A DNA stretch of 64,000 bases. It comes from Alphaproteobacteria bacterium (GTDB taxonomy: Bacteria; Pseudomonadota; Alphaproteobacteria; UBA828). Numbering within the stretch: the stretch's first letter is position 1; every line of letters begins with the position of its first letter. The stretch is from assembly GCA_963422645.2 (NCBI GenBank), contig CAXXVO010000007.1:672001-736000 (forward strand), given 5' to 3'. Positions 52,749 through 62,277 of this stretch are shown one piece after another. Position numbers and translations under genes: made by a program. Below the pieces are notes generated by a model. That model had not been told where the DNA came from. It did no database searches and saw only the letters and a program-made list of their open reading frames with translations.

Positions 52749-53780
52749 TCAGGTGACGGGCTTCCAGTCCCCCGCCGGCTTGAGCTTCTTGGCTTCGGGG
52801 ATCACCTCGGCGCCGAAGCGCTCGATCTGGTCGAGCTGCTCGGAAAGCGCGCCGGAGGGGCAGTCCAGCATGCAGACCGCCATCGAGAAGCCGGCGTCGG
52901 CGAACGCCGCGAGGTCCTCGAGAATCTGTTCAGCAGTACCGGTGCAGGTGAGGCGGGGATCGGCCTGTGCGGCCGGGTCGCCGGCGTCGGTGATGCGCGC
53001 GGTGGCGGCGCAGAGCATCAGGAAGTCGGAGGGGCTCCGGCCCTGCGCCGCAAGCTCGCGGCGCACTTCGTCCTGGAGGAGGGCAAAGCGACCGGCCTCG
53101 ACGTGAGAGTCGAGGAAGAGCGGATAGAGGCCGTCGCAGAAGCGTGCCGCACGCCTCGCGCCCCGGATCGTGTTGCCGCCGAAGACGATCGGCGGGTGCG
53201 GGTTCTGTTGCGCCGGCTTCGGGTCCTGGGAGACGTCCGTGAAGCTGTAGTAGTTGCCCTCGAAGGTGGCGAGGTCGCCGGTCCAGGAGGCCTTGTAGAT
53301 CTGGATGCACTCCTCTGTCCGCCGGTTGCGCTCCTCGTAGTCGATGCCGACGGCGTCGAACTCCTCGACCATCCAGCCGACTCCGACGCCCAGCATGAGC
53401 CGGCCGCCCGAGAGCTGATCGACGGTCATGAACTGGCGCGCGTCCGAGAGGGGGTGGCGATAGGGCGCGATGAGAACGCTGGTGGCGAGCTTGAGTGTCG
53501 TGGTCTGCACCGCGACGGCGCCCATGACGACGGCGGCGTCCAGCATGTTGTGGCGGCGCTGGTAGGCGCGCTGGCCGGACACGTTCGCGGTGTGGAAGCT
53601 CTCGGAAGCGTAGGGCATGCAGACATGGTCGGGATACCAGATCGAGTGAATGCCCGCTCGCTCGGCGGTTAGCGCCACCCGGATCGGGTCCATCTGCTCC
53701 ACCGGCGTGTGGTGGAGGAACATGTTCACGTCGTCGCGGTAGGATTGACCGTGGGTGTTACCGTAAAGCCCGACTTCCAT
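52749..53780 (-). CDS. LLM-class (possibly F420-dependent) oxidoreductase
   Basis: SIWYPDH, TVDQLSGGRL.LGVGVGW, PKPAQ, PPIVFGG. Confidence 0.88.
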   Translation of the reverse strand: MEVGLYGNTHGQSYRDDVNMFLHHTPVEQMDPIRVALTAERAGIHSIWYPDHVCMPYASESFHTANVSGQRAYQRRHNMLDAAVVMGAVAVQTTTLKLATSVLIAPYRHPLSDARQFMTVDQLSGGRLMLGVGVGWMVEEFDAVGIDYEERNRRTEECIQIYKASWTGDLATFEGNYYSFTDVSQDPKPAQQNPHPPIVFGGNTIRGARRAARFCDGLYPLFLDSHVEAGRFALLQDEVRRELAAQGRSPSDFLMLCAATARITDAGDPAAQADPRLTCTGTAEQILEDLAAFADAGFSMAVCMLDCPSGALSEQLDQIERFGAEVIPEAKKLKPAGDWKPVT

Positions 53781-53915
53781 GATGCTTCCCCTTTCATCCG
53801 CCCGGTTTCCGGCGCGGCGCGATTATGCCGCCGGCGCGGCCTGCCTGGAAGCATCGTCGCAAAGGTCGGCCAGTGGGCGAGAGCGTGCAGCCAGGACCGT
53901 CGTTAGAAGTCCGCT

Positions 53916-55378
53916 TCAGACGCGCGGCAATGCCCTGTCTTCATGCGGATAGGGGCTGAAATCCTCTTCGAGCTTCGACAGCAGGAAAAATATGTCTTCG
54001 GCCGTATTGGTGACGAGAACGACGTTCAATAGGTCAGTCTTGTCCAATTTCAGATCCGATTCCATGTATTTGCCGCGCAATCTGCGCATGATCTCGCCGC
54101 GGTCGCCCGACAACGCGTTCGCGATATCCCAGGACGTCTCGTCATCGCTCTCCATCGCGTGGTCCAGGGCGAGGAACACGCTGTCCACGCCCTCACACAT
54201 GCTCTCCCGAAACTGCTTCAACTCCGGTCGGTCGCCGATGTCGAGAAGCGCACCGCACATGACCGACCCGGAGTCCGCCAGCCACGTGAGCATCTTCTGA
54301 CGGCTGAGCAGCGCATTGCGATCCTCGACTGCCTGCATGGGATGAAGCGGTTGCAAGTCCGTCAGGAACTCCTCGATTTCGGTCATCAGGGTGCGCGACG
54401 CATCCCGGAGCGGGCGTACGTCCTCGCCCTCCCGAACGAGCTCGAAATACCGAATTTGCATCCTGAACGCGCGCCGCTGCTCCAGGTCGGCCAGCGCCAG
54501 CGATGTTTCGACATCGACCGTCGCATGACCGTGGATGAACTGCGCGCGCGACAGCTCGTCGATTTCCGATGCGGGCCACAGCCTCTCGAGGATGCGGGTC
54601 GATGGGCCCAGGACGGCGAGCATGATCGGCACCGGGACCACGGCCGTGATGACATAGACGAGGGCCAGTCGCTGGGGCAGGTCGAAGCCGGTCGCATCGA
54701 TCACCGCCTTGATCGACGGGACGCCCAAATGGATTTCGGCGTAGAGCAGCGGGATGACCGCTGCGCAGATCAGCGCATTGACGATCACCATGTACATGAC
54801 GACCTGGCGCGAACGCCCGGTCAGGTTGGCCGACAGCACGGCGAGGATCGCGCCTGAGCCTATGTAGCTCCCGTAGATGGTCATGATGGCCTGATCGACG
54901 GAGATTATGCCGACCGTCGCCAGGCTAATGCCGAAAACGGAGACTGCACCCGAGGACTGCACTATGAAGGTCAACACGGCCGCGACGACGAACGCGAGAA
55001 CGAGCGACTGCCCGGTTCCCTCCACCATCTCCCGGAACCAGGGCTCCTCGGCCAGCGGCGCCGCCGCCTCCCTGAGGAGCATCAGGCCGAGGATGATCAT
55101 GGCCCCGCCCAGGAACGACCCGGCGATGGCCCGGTACCGCGCCAGCCTCTCGCTGGCCACCACCGCGCCCGCAAGGCCGATGACATAGAGTGCGGCCACC
55201 TTGATGTCGAAGGTGACGATCATGACGAGGCCCGTCACGCCGATGTACCCGCCCAGGATCATCGCCAGGGCGCCGCTCATGGTGGTGAGCCGCGAGCGCA
55301 GGATGCTGACCACGATGAAGGTCAGCGCGGTCATGCTCTGGGTGATGCCGCCGCCGAGCGTTCCCCAAAGGAGCGCCG
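53916..55378 (-). pseudogene. Na+/Pi-cotransporter-family gene, 5' end missing at the recombinase-element junction
   Basis: Hydrophobic protein with two QS motifs (ITQSMTA, IVQSSGA) and a helical C-terminus; homologous frame begins mid-domain at the AT junction. Confidence 0.8.
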
Positions 55379-55446
55379 ATGACGCCCTGAACGCAAAAGG
55401 TAACTTCCGCTTCGAACGTCAGATTGTGGAATGGCGAGACCGTCCC

Positions 55447-55476
55447 TTGACTGACTTGCGCCGCAAACGGTAATAT
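55447..55476 (+). promoter_or_regulatory. Putative sigma70 promoter of the recombinase element
   Basis: TTGACT-N18-TAATAT just upstream of the first ORF. Confidence 0.55.
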
Positions 55477-55487
55477 TCTTATGGCAA

Positions 55488-55817
55488 ATGATCCGGTCAA
55501 CAAGATCCCAGAAGGTCGAGCGGCTCAATGCCGCCTACACGCTGCTCGCCCAGGGCGCCACGGCGAGCGAAGCCGTGGCACGGCTGTCGCAGCGCTTCGG
55601 GCTGTCGCAGCGTCAGTCCTATCGCTACGTCCAGGACGCGCGCGCCATGGGCCAGCCGGCCGAGCCGACCGAAGAGCTGATCCCGATCACCATCAAGATT
55701 CCAGGCACTCTGGCGGAGACCTTGCGAGCCCACGCCAGGAGCAGCGGCCACTCCATCGGGGAGATCGTCGCGCGGGCGCTGAGACGCTTTTTATCGGACG
55801 CGGATCGGCATGGCTGA
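55488..55817 (+). CDS. Small DNA-binding protein (HTH plus ribbon-helix-helix-like)
   Basis: LSQRFGLSQRQSYRYV helix-turn-helix; ITIKIP…LRAHARSSGHSIGEIVARAL RHH-like. Confidence 0.75.
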   Translation: MIRSTRSQKVERLNAAYTLLAQGATASEAVARLSQRFGLSQRQSYRYVQDARAMGQPAEPTEELIPITIKIPGTLAETLRAHARSSGHSIGEIVARALRRFLSDADRHG

Positions 55818-56282
55818 ACGTCGCTTGGGCGCTCGGCCCACGGTTCACCTCGCTTATGCCTTCGATCGTCTGCTCGACGCCAAACTCCACAACGCCTACG
55901 CGATCCTGGTGCCCGATCAAACTCACAAAACAGTCATGGTCCCCGCGGTTCTGAGCCACCCCGTGGCATGAAACAGGAGCGGTTCGGCTGACGTTTTCCT
56001 TGCGCTTGCACCCATTTGCCGTGTCAGGATGGGTATTGGCGGAGGTGGGGACGTGTGAGCGTCGTTATATCGGTGACGTAGTTCCCGATGACAAAACTGC
56101 TTCCGGCGGCCGGCTCCGCACCCCGTATTGTACCCGGCCCGTGGCCGTGGACGCGCGGCAAATTGCACCGCACCCGCTCGTCGGATGCGTGTTCTTCCGA
56201 CCGCTGTCCCCGCCTCCACCGTGGCGATGCCACGGCGTGATCGTACGCCGCCGTGGCGAGAGCGCAAATGAGGAGGAAGGCG

Positions 56283-57533
56283 ATGAAGACGGAAGGCTTG
56301 CACGTCGTCCGGCCGCGCGCGGCGGGTCTGGACGTGCACAAGATGGAGATCACCGCGACGGTTCGCCTCTGTGAGGGCGAGGGTGAGCCGGTGGTGGAGA
56401 CGCGCTGCTTCGGCACGCTGCCGAGCGGTCTGGAGGAGATGGTCGCGTGGCTGACCGGTCACGGCGTCGAGGCTGCGGTGATGGAAGGGACCGGGGTCTA
56501 CTGGCAGGCGCCCTTCGCGGCCCTGGAGGCGGCCGGGCTCGAGGCGATCCTGGTGCATGCGCGTCAGGTGAAGCAGTTGAAGGGGCGCAAGACCGACGTG
56601 GCGGACAGCGTGTGGCTGGCCTGCGTGTGCCAGTTCGGGCTCTGCACGCCTTCCCACGTTCCGCCTGAGCCGTTCCGGGAGCTGCGCGCACTGAGCCGCC
56701 AGCGCCGCGTCCTGGTCAGGCAGCGCTCCGCCGTGCGCAACCGCGTGCAGAAGATCATCGACCGCGCCGGTGCGCGCATCGGCGGCATCCTCTCCGACGT
56801 CTTCGGCGTCAACGGCCGGAAGATCCTCGACGGCCTGGCGCAGGGGACGGCGCGCGAGGTCATCCTCGCCTCGCTCACCAGCCACGTTGCGAACAAGCTG
56901 GAGGGGCTCGGCGAGGCGCTCACCCTGAGCCTGGGCGACAACGACCGCTTCATGCTCAACGACCTGCTGGAGGAGCATGACGCGCTTGAGGCGCGCATCG
57001 CGTCCTACACCAGGAAGATCGACGGGCAGATGACACCGTGGGAGGAGCAGCTCCGTCTGCTGACCACCATCCCCGGCATCGACCGCACCGCCGCCTCGAC
57101 CATCCTCATCGAGATCGGCCCCGACATCGGCGTGTTCGCCTCCAAGGAGCACTTCGCCGCCTGGGCCGGGCTCTGCCCCGGCAACAACGAGAGCGGGGGC
57201 AAGCGCCGCAACGCACGCACCCGCATGGGCTCCAAGACCCTGCGCGCCTGCCTCGTCGAGTGTGCCCACGGCGCGGCCCGAACCAAGGGGTGCCAGTTCG
57301 AGGCTCATCACCGCGCCCTCGCCGCCCGGCGCGGCTACAAGCGCGCCATCGTCGCCGGCGCTCACAAGATGCTGCGCATCATCTATGTGGTGCTCAAGAC
57401 CGGCAGGCCCTACTACGACCGCACGGCCGACTACGACGCTCTGATGGTCAAGCGCAACGCTCCTCGGTGGATCCGCATGCTCCGCCGCTACGGCTACATC
57501 GAGCCCGTAGGCGCGGAACTCAAGGCCGCCTGA
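56283..57533 (+). CDS. IS110 transposase (copy 2)
   Basis: Same translation as 20792-22042. Confidence 0.95.
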   Translation: MKTEGLHVVRPRAAGLDVHKMEITATVRLCEGEGEPVVETRCFGTLPSGLEEMVAWLTGHGVEAAVMEGTGVYWQAPFAALEAAGLEAILVHARQVKQLKGRKTDVADSVWLACVCQFGLCTPSHVPPEPFRELRALSRQRRVLVRQRSAVRNRVQKIIDRAGARIGGILSDVFGVNGRKILDGLAQGTAREVILASLTSHVANKLEGLGEALTLSLGDNDRFMLNDLLEEHDALEARIASYTRKIDGQMTPWEEQLRLLTTIPGIDRTAASTILIEIGPDIGVFASKEHFAAWAGLCPGNNESGGKRRNARTRMGSKTLRACLVECAHGAARTKGCQFEAHHRALAARRGYKRAIVAGAHKMLRIIYVVLKTGRPYYDRTADYDALMVKRNAPRWIRMLRRYGYIEPVGAELKAA

Positions 57534-58051
57534 GCGGCCCGCATCTCGTCAGCCGGCTACGCGGGACCGCTTCGGACCACATCGGGGAAGTCCACCGCTC
57601 GTCTCCGCCGCGCCGACCCTGGCGGTCTCAGCCAACGCCGTGACCTCGGGGTTGGAGCGTCACCGCGCGTCCCTCGCCAGAATCTGTTTCACGGCAAAAC
57701 AGTCATGGTCCCCGCGGTTCTGAGCCACCCCGTGGCATGAAACAGGAGCGGTTCGGCTGACGTTTTCCTTGCGCTTGCACCCATTTGCCGTGTCAGGATG
57801 GGTATTGGCGGAGGTGGGGACGTGTGAGCGTCGTTATATCGGTGACGTAGTTCCCGATGACAAAACTGCTTCCGGCGGCCGGCTCCGCACCCCGTATTGT
57901 ACCCGGCCCGTGGCCGTGGACGCGCGGCAAATTGCACCGCACCCGCTCGTCGGATGCGTGTTCTTCCGACCGCTGTCCCCGCCTCCACCGTGGCGATGCC
58001 ACGGCGTGATCGTACGCCGCCGTGGCGAGAGCGCAAATGAGGAGGAAGGCG

Positions 58052-59302
58052 ATGAAGACGGAAGGCTTGCACGTCGTCCGGCCGCGCGCGGCGGGTCTGG
58101 ACGTGCACAAGATGGAGATCACCGCGACGGTTCGCCTCTGTGAGGGCGAGGGTGAGCCGGTGGTGGAGACGCGCTGCTTCGGCACGCTGCCGAGCGGTCT
58201 GGAGGAGATGGTCGCGTGGCTGACCGGTCACGGCGTCGAGGCTGCGGTGATGGAAGGGACCGGGGTCTACTGGCAGGCGCCCTTCGCGGCCCTGGAGGCG
58301 GCCGGGCTCGAGGCGATCCTGGTGCATGCGCGTCAGGTGAAGCAGTTGAAGGGGCGCAAGACCGACGTGGCGGACAGCGTGTGGCTGGCCTGCGTGTGCC
58401 AGTTCGGGCTCTGCACGCCTTCCCACGTTCCGCCTGAGCCGTTCCGGGAGCTGCGCGCACTGAGCCGCCAGCGCCGCGTCCTGGTCAGGCAGCGCTCCGC
58501 CGTGCGCAACCGCGTGCAGAAGATCATCGACCGCGCCGGTGCGCGCATCGGCGGCATCCTCTCCGACGTCTTCGGCGTCAACGGCCGGAAGATCCTCGAC
58601 GGCCTGGCGCAGGGGACGGCGCGCGAGGTCATCCTCGCCTCGCTCACCAGCCACGTTGCGAACAAGCTGGAGGGGCTCGGCGAGGCGCTCACCCTGAGCC
58701 TGGGCGACAACGACCGCTTCATGCTCAACGACCTGCTGGAGGAGCATGACGCGCTTGAGGCGCGCATCGCGTCCTACACCAGGAAGATCGACGGGCAGAT
58801 GACACCGTGGGAGGAGCAGCTCCGTCTGCTGACCACCATCCCCGGCATCGACCGCACCGCCGCCTCGACCATCCTCATCGAGATCGGCCCCGACATCGGC
58901 GTGTTCGCCTCCAAGGAGCACTTCGCCGCCTGGGCCGGGCTCTGCCCCGGCAACAACGAGAGCGGGGGCAAGCGCCGCAACGCACGCACCCGCATGGGCT
59001 CCAAGACCCTGCGCGCCTGCCTCGTCGAGTGTGCCCACGGCGCGGCCCGAACCAAGGGGTGCCAGTTCGAGGCTCATCACCGCGCCCTCGCCGCCCGGCG
59101 CGGCTACAAGCGCGCCATCGTCGCCGGCGCTCACAAGATGCTGCGCATCATCTATGTGGTGCTCAAGACCGGCAGGCCCTACTACGACCGCACGGCCGAC
59201 TACGACGCTCTGATGGTCAAGCGCAACGCTCCTCGGTGGATCCGCATGCTCCGCCGCTACGGCTACATCGAGCCCGTAGGCGCGGAACTCAAGGCCGCCT
59301 GA
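58052..59302 (+). CDS. IS110 transposase (copy 3)
   Basis: Same translation as 20792-22042. Confidence 0.95.
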   Translation: MKTEGLHVVRPRAAGLDVHKMEITATVRLCEGEGEPVVETRCFGTLPSGLEEMVAWLTGHGVEAAVMEGTGVYWQAPFAALEAAGLEAILVHARQVKQLKGRKTDVADSVWLACVCQFGLCTPSHVPPEPFRELRALSRQRRVLVRQRSAVRNRVQKIIDRAGARIGGILSDVFGVNGRKILDGLAQGTAREVILASLTSHVANKLEGLGEALTLSLGDNDRFMLNDLLEEHDALEARIASYTRKIDGQMTPWEEQLRLLTTIPGIDRTAASTILIEIGPDIGVFASKEHFAAWAGLCPGNNESGGKRRNARTRMGSKTLRACLVECAHGAARTKGCQFEAHHRALAARRGYKRAIVAGAHKMLRIIYVVLKTGRPYYDRTADYDALMVKRNAPRWIRMLRRYGYIEPVGAELKAA

Positions 59303-59500
59303 GCGGCCCGCATCTCGTCAGCCGGCTACGCGGGACCGCTTCGGACCACATCGGGGAAGTCCACCGCTCGTCTCCGCCGCGCCGACCCTGGCGGTCTCAG
59401 CCAACGCCGTGACCTCGGGGTTGGAGCGTCACCGCGCGTCCCTCGCCAGAATCTGTTTCACGGCAAATCCCGGTCCGAGCGCAGGACATAGGAGACGACC

Positions 59501-61489
59501 ATGAAGATCGCAGCCATTTACGCGCGGGTCTCCGGCGAGCGGCAGAGAGATGACAACACGATAGCGAGCCAGACCGAGGCCCTGATCGCCTACGCCGAGG
59601 ACCACGGTTACAGCGTCGCGCCCGACATGATCATTGAAGATGACGGCTATACCGGCGCCGTTCTCGAACGCCCGGGGCTCGAGCGGGTCAGGGATCTCGC
59701 CGCGGAAGGGCGCATCGACACGGTGCTGGTCCATGCCCCGGACCGTATGAGCCGGCGCTATGCCTACCAGGTTCTGATCATCGAGGAGCTGGCCCGTCAG
59801 GGCGTCGAGACCGTGTTCTTGAGAGCGCCGTCGATGGAAACCCCGGAAGATCATCTGCTCGTCCAGTTCCAGGGCATGATTGCGGAATACGAGCGCGCGC
59901 AAATCCTGGAGCGTTCCCGGCGCGGCAAGCGACATCGGGCGCGACGCGGCGAAATCGCCGTCCTCGGCGGCGCGCCCTATGGCTACCGCTACCACAAGAA
60001 AACCCCGGACAGCGATGCGTTCTACGAAATCGTCGAGCCGCAGGCGTCGGTGGTTCGCGAGGTTTACCGCTGCTACACCTGCGATCACATGAGCATCGGC
60101 GCGATCACCTGCAGGCTCAATGAGCGCGCGGTACCCACCTCCACCGGGCGCTCGCGCTGGGAACGCTCGACGGTGTGGGCGATGCTCCGCAATCCGGCGT
60201 ACAAGGGGAAAGCCTGTTTCGGCAAGACCCGCCAGATGCCGCGTAAATGTGTGACACGTCCTCTGCGCCTGCGCCGCGGCGTGGCCAGCGGCACGACCGG
60301 CGGTCACGAAAAACCGCGTGAGGAGTGGATCGAGATCCCGGTGCCGGCGATCGTCAGCGAAGAGACCTTCGCCCTGGCCGAAGAGCGGCTGGAGATGAAC
60401 AAGATCCACGCGCCGCGTCGCACGAAGACGCCCAGCGTGCTCCAGGGACTGGTCTCGTGCGGCAAATGCGGCTACGCGCTGTCTCGCACATCGGCCCAGA
60501 CGAGTGCCCGCAAGATCTCCTATTATCGCTGCCTGGGTTCTGACTCTTGGCGCCATCTCAACGGACCGGTGTGCGACAGTCGGCCGGTGCGCCAGGACTT
60601 GCTCGATGACGTCGTCTGGGGCGAAGTGGTCCGCCTGCTCGAGGATCCAGCACTGATCGGCGCCGAGATCGACCGGCGACTACAGGCGGCCCGCGCTTCC
60701 GATCCAAACCAGCAGCGCGAGAACGACCTGCGGCACCGTCTGATCCGGGTCCGAAAAAGCATCGACCGCCTGGTCAACGCCTATCAGGAGGAGTTGATTA
60801 CAATCGATGAACTGCGCGACAGAACGTCCGAGCTCCGTCGTCAGGATCAGGCTCTGAATCGCGAACTGCAATCCACCGTCGATCGGGCGAAGGATCGCGA
60901 GACCTATCTCCGGCTCGCCGAGACGCTGACCGGCTTTCTGGCGCGGCTGCACTCGTCCGCCGAAACCCTGGACATCGCCGAACGGCAGCGCATCGTCCGG
61001 CTCATCGTGAAGGAGGTGTTGGTCACCGAGGACAAAATCACCATTCGCCATTCAATCCCAATCTCGGGATCGCCAGGCGGCGGTCCAGACCCGTCGAAAC
61101 CCGGCAACCACAGCACCGAAGGCGAAGGTTGCCTTTTGCGTTCAGGGCGTCATCACCGACCCTTGCGGCGTTCCCCGCAGGTTGTCCCGCCACTCTCCAG
61201 CCTCCATGACGCCGGCGCTCAACCACTTGATGATCAGCCTGATAACCCGCTTGTCCCCGATCCGGTGCTCAAGAAACCGGACCAGCCAGTCCCTCGAAAC
61301 CGTGTCGAAGAATTTGCGGATGTCACAATCGACCACCCAGTTAATCTTGCGCTGTCTAATGCCGACCGCGAGCGCATCGAGCGCATTATGCGCCCCACGC
61401 CCGGGCCGGAACCCGTAGCTGAACCCCAGGAACTCCGCCTCGTAAATCGGCGTCAGGATGTAACTACCCAGGTACCCCGCGAGCTCTGA
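59501..61489 (+). CDS. Large serine recombinase; the ~110 residues after 61153 are read-through into flanking DNA
   Basis: IYARVS catalytic motif, DDGYTG…RPGL, DRMSR, PYGY recombinase domain, CGKCG…YYRC…C zinc ribbon, coiled coil. Confidence 0.93.
   Translation: MKIAAIYARVSGERQRDDNTIASQTEALIAYAEDHGYSVAPDMIIEDDGYTGAVLERPGLERVRDLAAEGRIDTVLVHAPDRMSRRYAYQVLIIEELARQGVETVFLRAPSMETPEDHLLVQFQGMIAEYERAQILERSRRGKRHRARRGEIAVLGGAPYGYRYHKKTPDSDAFYEIVEPQASVVREVYRCYTCDHMSIGAITCRLNERAVPTSTGRSRWERSTVWAMLRNPAYKGKACFGKTRQMPRKCVTRPLRLRRGVASGTTGGHEKPREEWIEIPVPAIVSEETFALAEERLEMNKIHAPRRTKTPSVLQGLVSCGKCGYALSRTSAQTSARKISYYRCLGSDSWRHLNGPVCDSRPVRQDLLDDVVWGEVVRLLEDPALIGAEIDRRLQAARASDPNQQRENDLRHRLIRVRKSIDRLVNAYQEELITIDELRDRTSELRRQDQALNRELQSTVDRAKDRETYLRLAETLTGFLARLHSSAETLDIAERQRIVRLIVKEVLVTEDKITIRHSIPISGSPGGGPDPSKPGNHSTEGEGCLLRSGRHHRPLRRSPQVVPPLSSLHDAGAQPLDDQPDNPLVPDPVLKKPDQPVPRNRVEEFADVTIDHPVNLALSNADRERIERIMRPTPGPEPVAEPQELRLVNRRQDVTTQVPREL
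61154..61459 (-). pseudogene. Group II intron reverse transcriptase, middle fragment (RT2-RT4)
   Basis: ILTPIYEAEFLGFSYGFRPGRGAHNAL…WVVDCDIRKFFD…GTPQGSV, cut at the AT of the following codon. Confidence 0.9.
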
Positions 61490-61608
61490 GTGCGTGCTGA
61501 TTTTGGTCGCCGTCGGCGCCGTTTCGCCGTCGGCGCGTCGCTGATCCCCGCTTGACTGTATAGGTTCTCTCGCCTATGGGTTGCACTCTCGCATGAGAGG
61601 AGCAGCCG

Positions 61609-62277
61609 GTGGGGTATTTCGGGTCGAAGGCGACGACCGGTCTGAGCCAGGCGCTGATTGCGCTGATGCCGCCGCACTCTGTCTATATCGAGAGCCATCT
61701 TGGGGGCGGGGCGCTGATGAAGCGCAAGCCTGCGGCCATGCGCTCGATCGGGATCGACCGCGACGAGCGGGCGCTTGAGGCCTTTGGCTGCGACTACCCG
61801 GTGGAGTTGGTGCACGGCTGCGCCCATTCCTTCCTGGCCTCGTTCCCGTTTCTGGGCCCGGAGCTGGTCTACAGCGATCCGCCCTATCTGCACGCGACCC
61901 GGCGTTCGTCGCAGCGCTACCGCTTCGAGTACGAGGAGGCCGACCACGTCGCGCTCCTCGAACTGCTCAAGGGTCTGCCCTGCCAGGTGATGGTCTCGGG
62001 CCACCCGTCTGCGCTCTATGACGAGCTGCTGGCGGGCTGGCGCCGGCTGGCGCTGCAGGTGACGACCCAGGCCCAGGTGCGGACCGAGGTCGTGTGGTTC
62101 AACTTCGCGCCTGACCGGGTGCACTGGGCGAGCTTCGCCGGCCGGAACTTCACCGAGCGCCAGTGCATCAAGCGCAAGGCGGCCAACTGGGGCCGGCGCT
62201 ACGAGGCCATGCCGGCGGGCGAACGCCTGGCGGTGCTGGCCGCGATCATGGCCGTCGAGGCCGACGAGGGTTCGTGA
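61609..62277 (+). CDS. Dam/D12-class N6-adenine DNA methyltransferase (short)
   Basis: YFGSK (motif X), ESHLGGGA (motif I variant), YSDPPY (motif IV), MVSG, RTEVVWFN. Confidence 0.88.
   Translation: MGYFGSKATTGLSQALIALMPPHSVYIESHLGGGALMKRKPAAMRSIGIDRDERALEAFGCDYPVELVHGCAHSFLASFPFLGPELVYSDPPYLHATRRSSQRYRFEYEEADHVALLELLKGLPCQVMVSGHPSALYDELLAGWRRLALQVTTQAQVRTEVVWFNFAPDRVHWASFAGRNFTERQCIKRKAANWGRRYEAMPAGERLAVLAAIMAVEADEGS

Larger units (their letters stand above)
55926..59467 (+). mobile_element. Head-to-tail tandem dimer of the IS110 element (copies 2 and 3)
   Basis: Two 1769-bp units; CAAA at 55926, 57695 and 59464. Confidence 0.93.
55810..59553 (+). pseudogene. Second small accessory ORF (MAERRLG…AFDRLLDAKLHNAYAILVPDQT…) interrupted by the IS110 dimer
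   Basis: ATG overlaps the upstream ORF; resumes after 59464 and ends at 59491 or 59553 depending on how the junction is restored. Confidence 0.55.
55379..61153 (+). mobile_element. Compact large-serine-recombinase element (~2.2 kb without the IS110 dimer)
   Basis: Ends AT-GACGCCCTGAACGCAAAAGG (55379-55400) and CCTTTTGCGTTCAGGGCGTC-AT (61132-61153) are perfect inverted repeats; truncated genes on both sides. Confidence 0.85.

Noticed and set aside
61154-61489. Extra C-terminal domain of the 662-aa recombinase
   Set aside because: It is antisense RT sequence plus the IS66 end read through after the att site, not a real domain.
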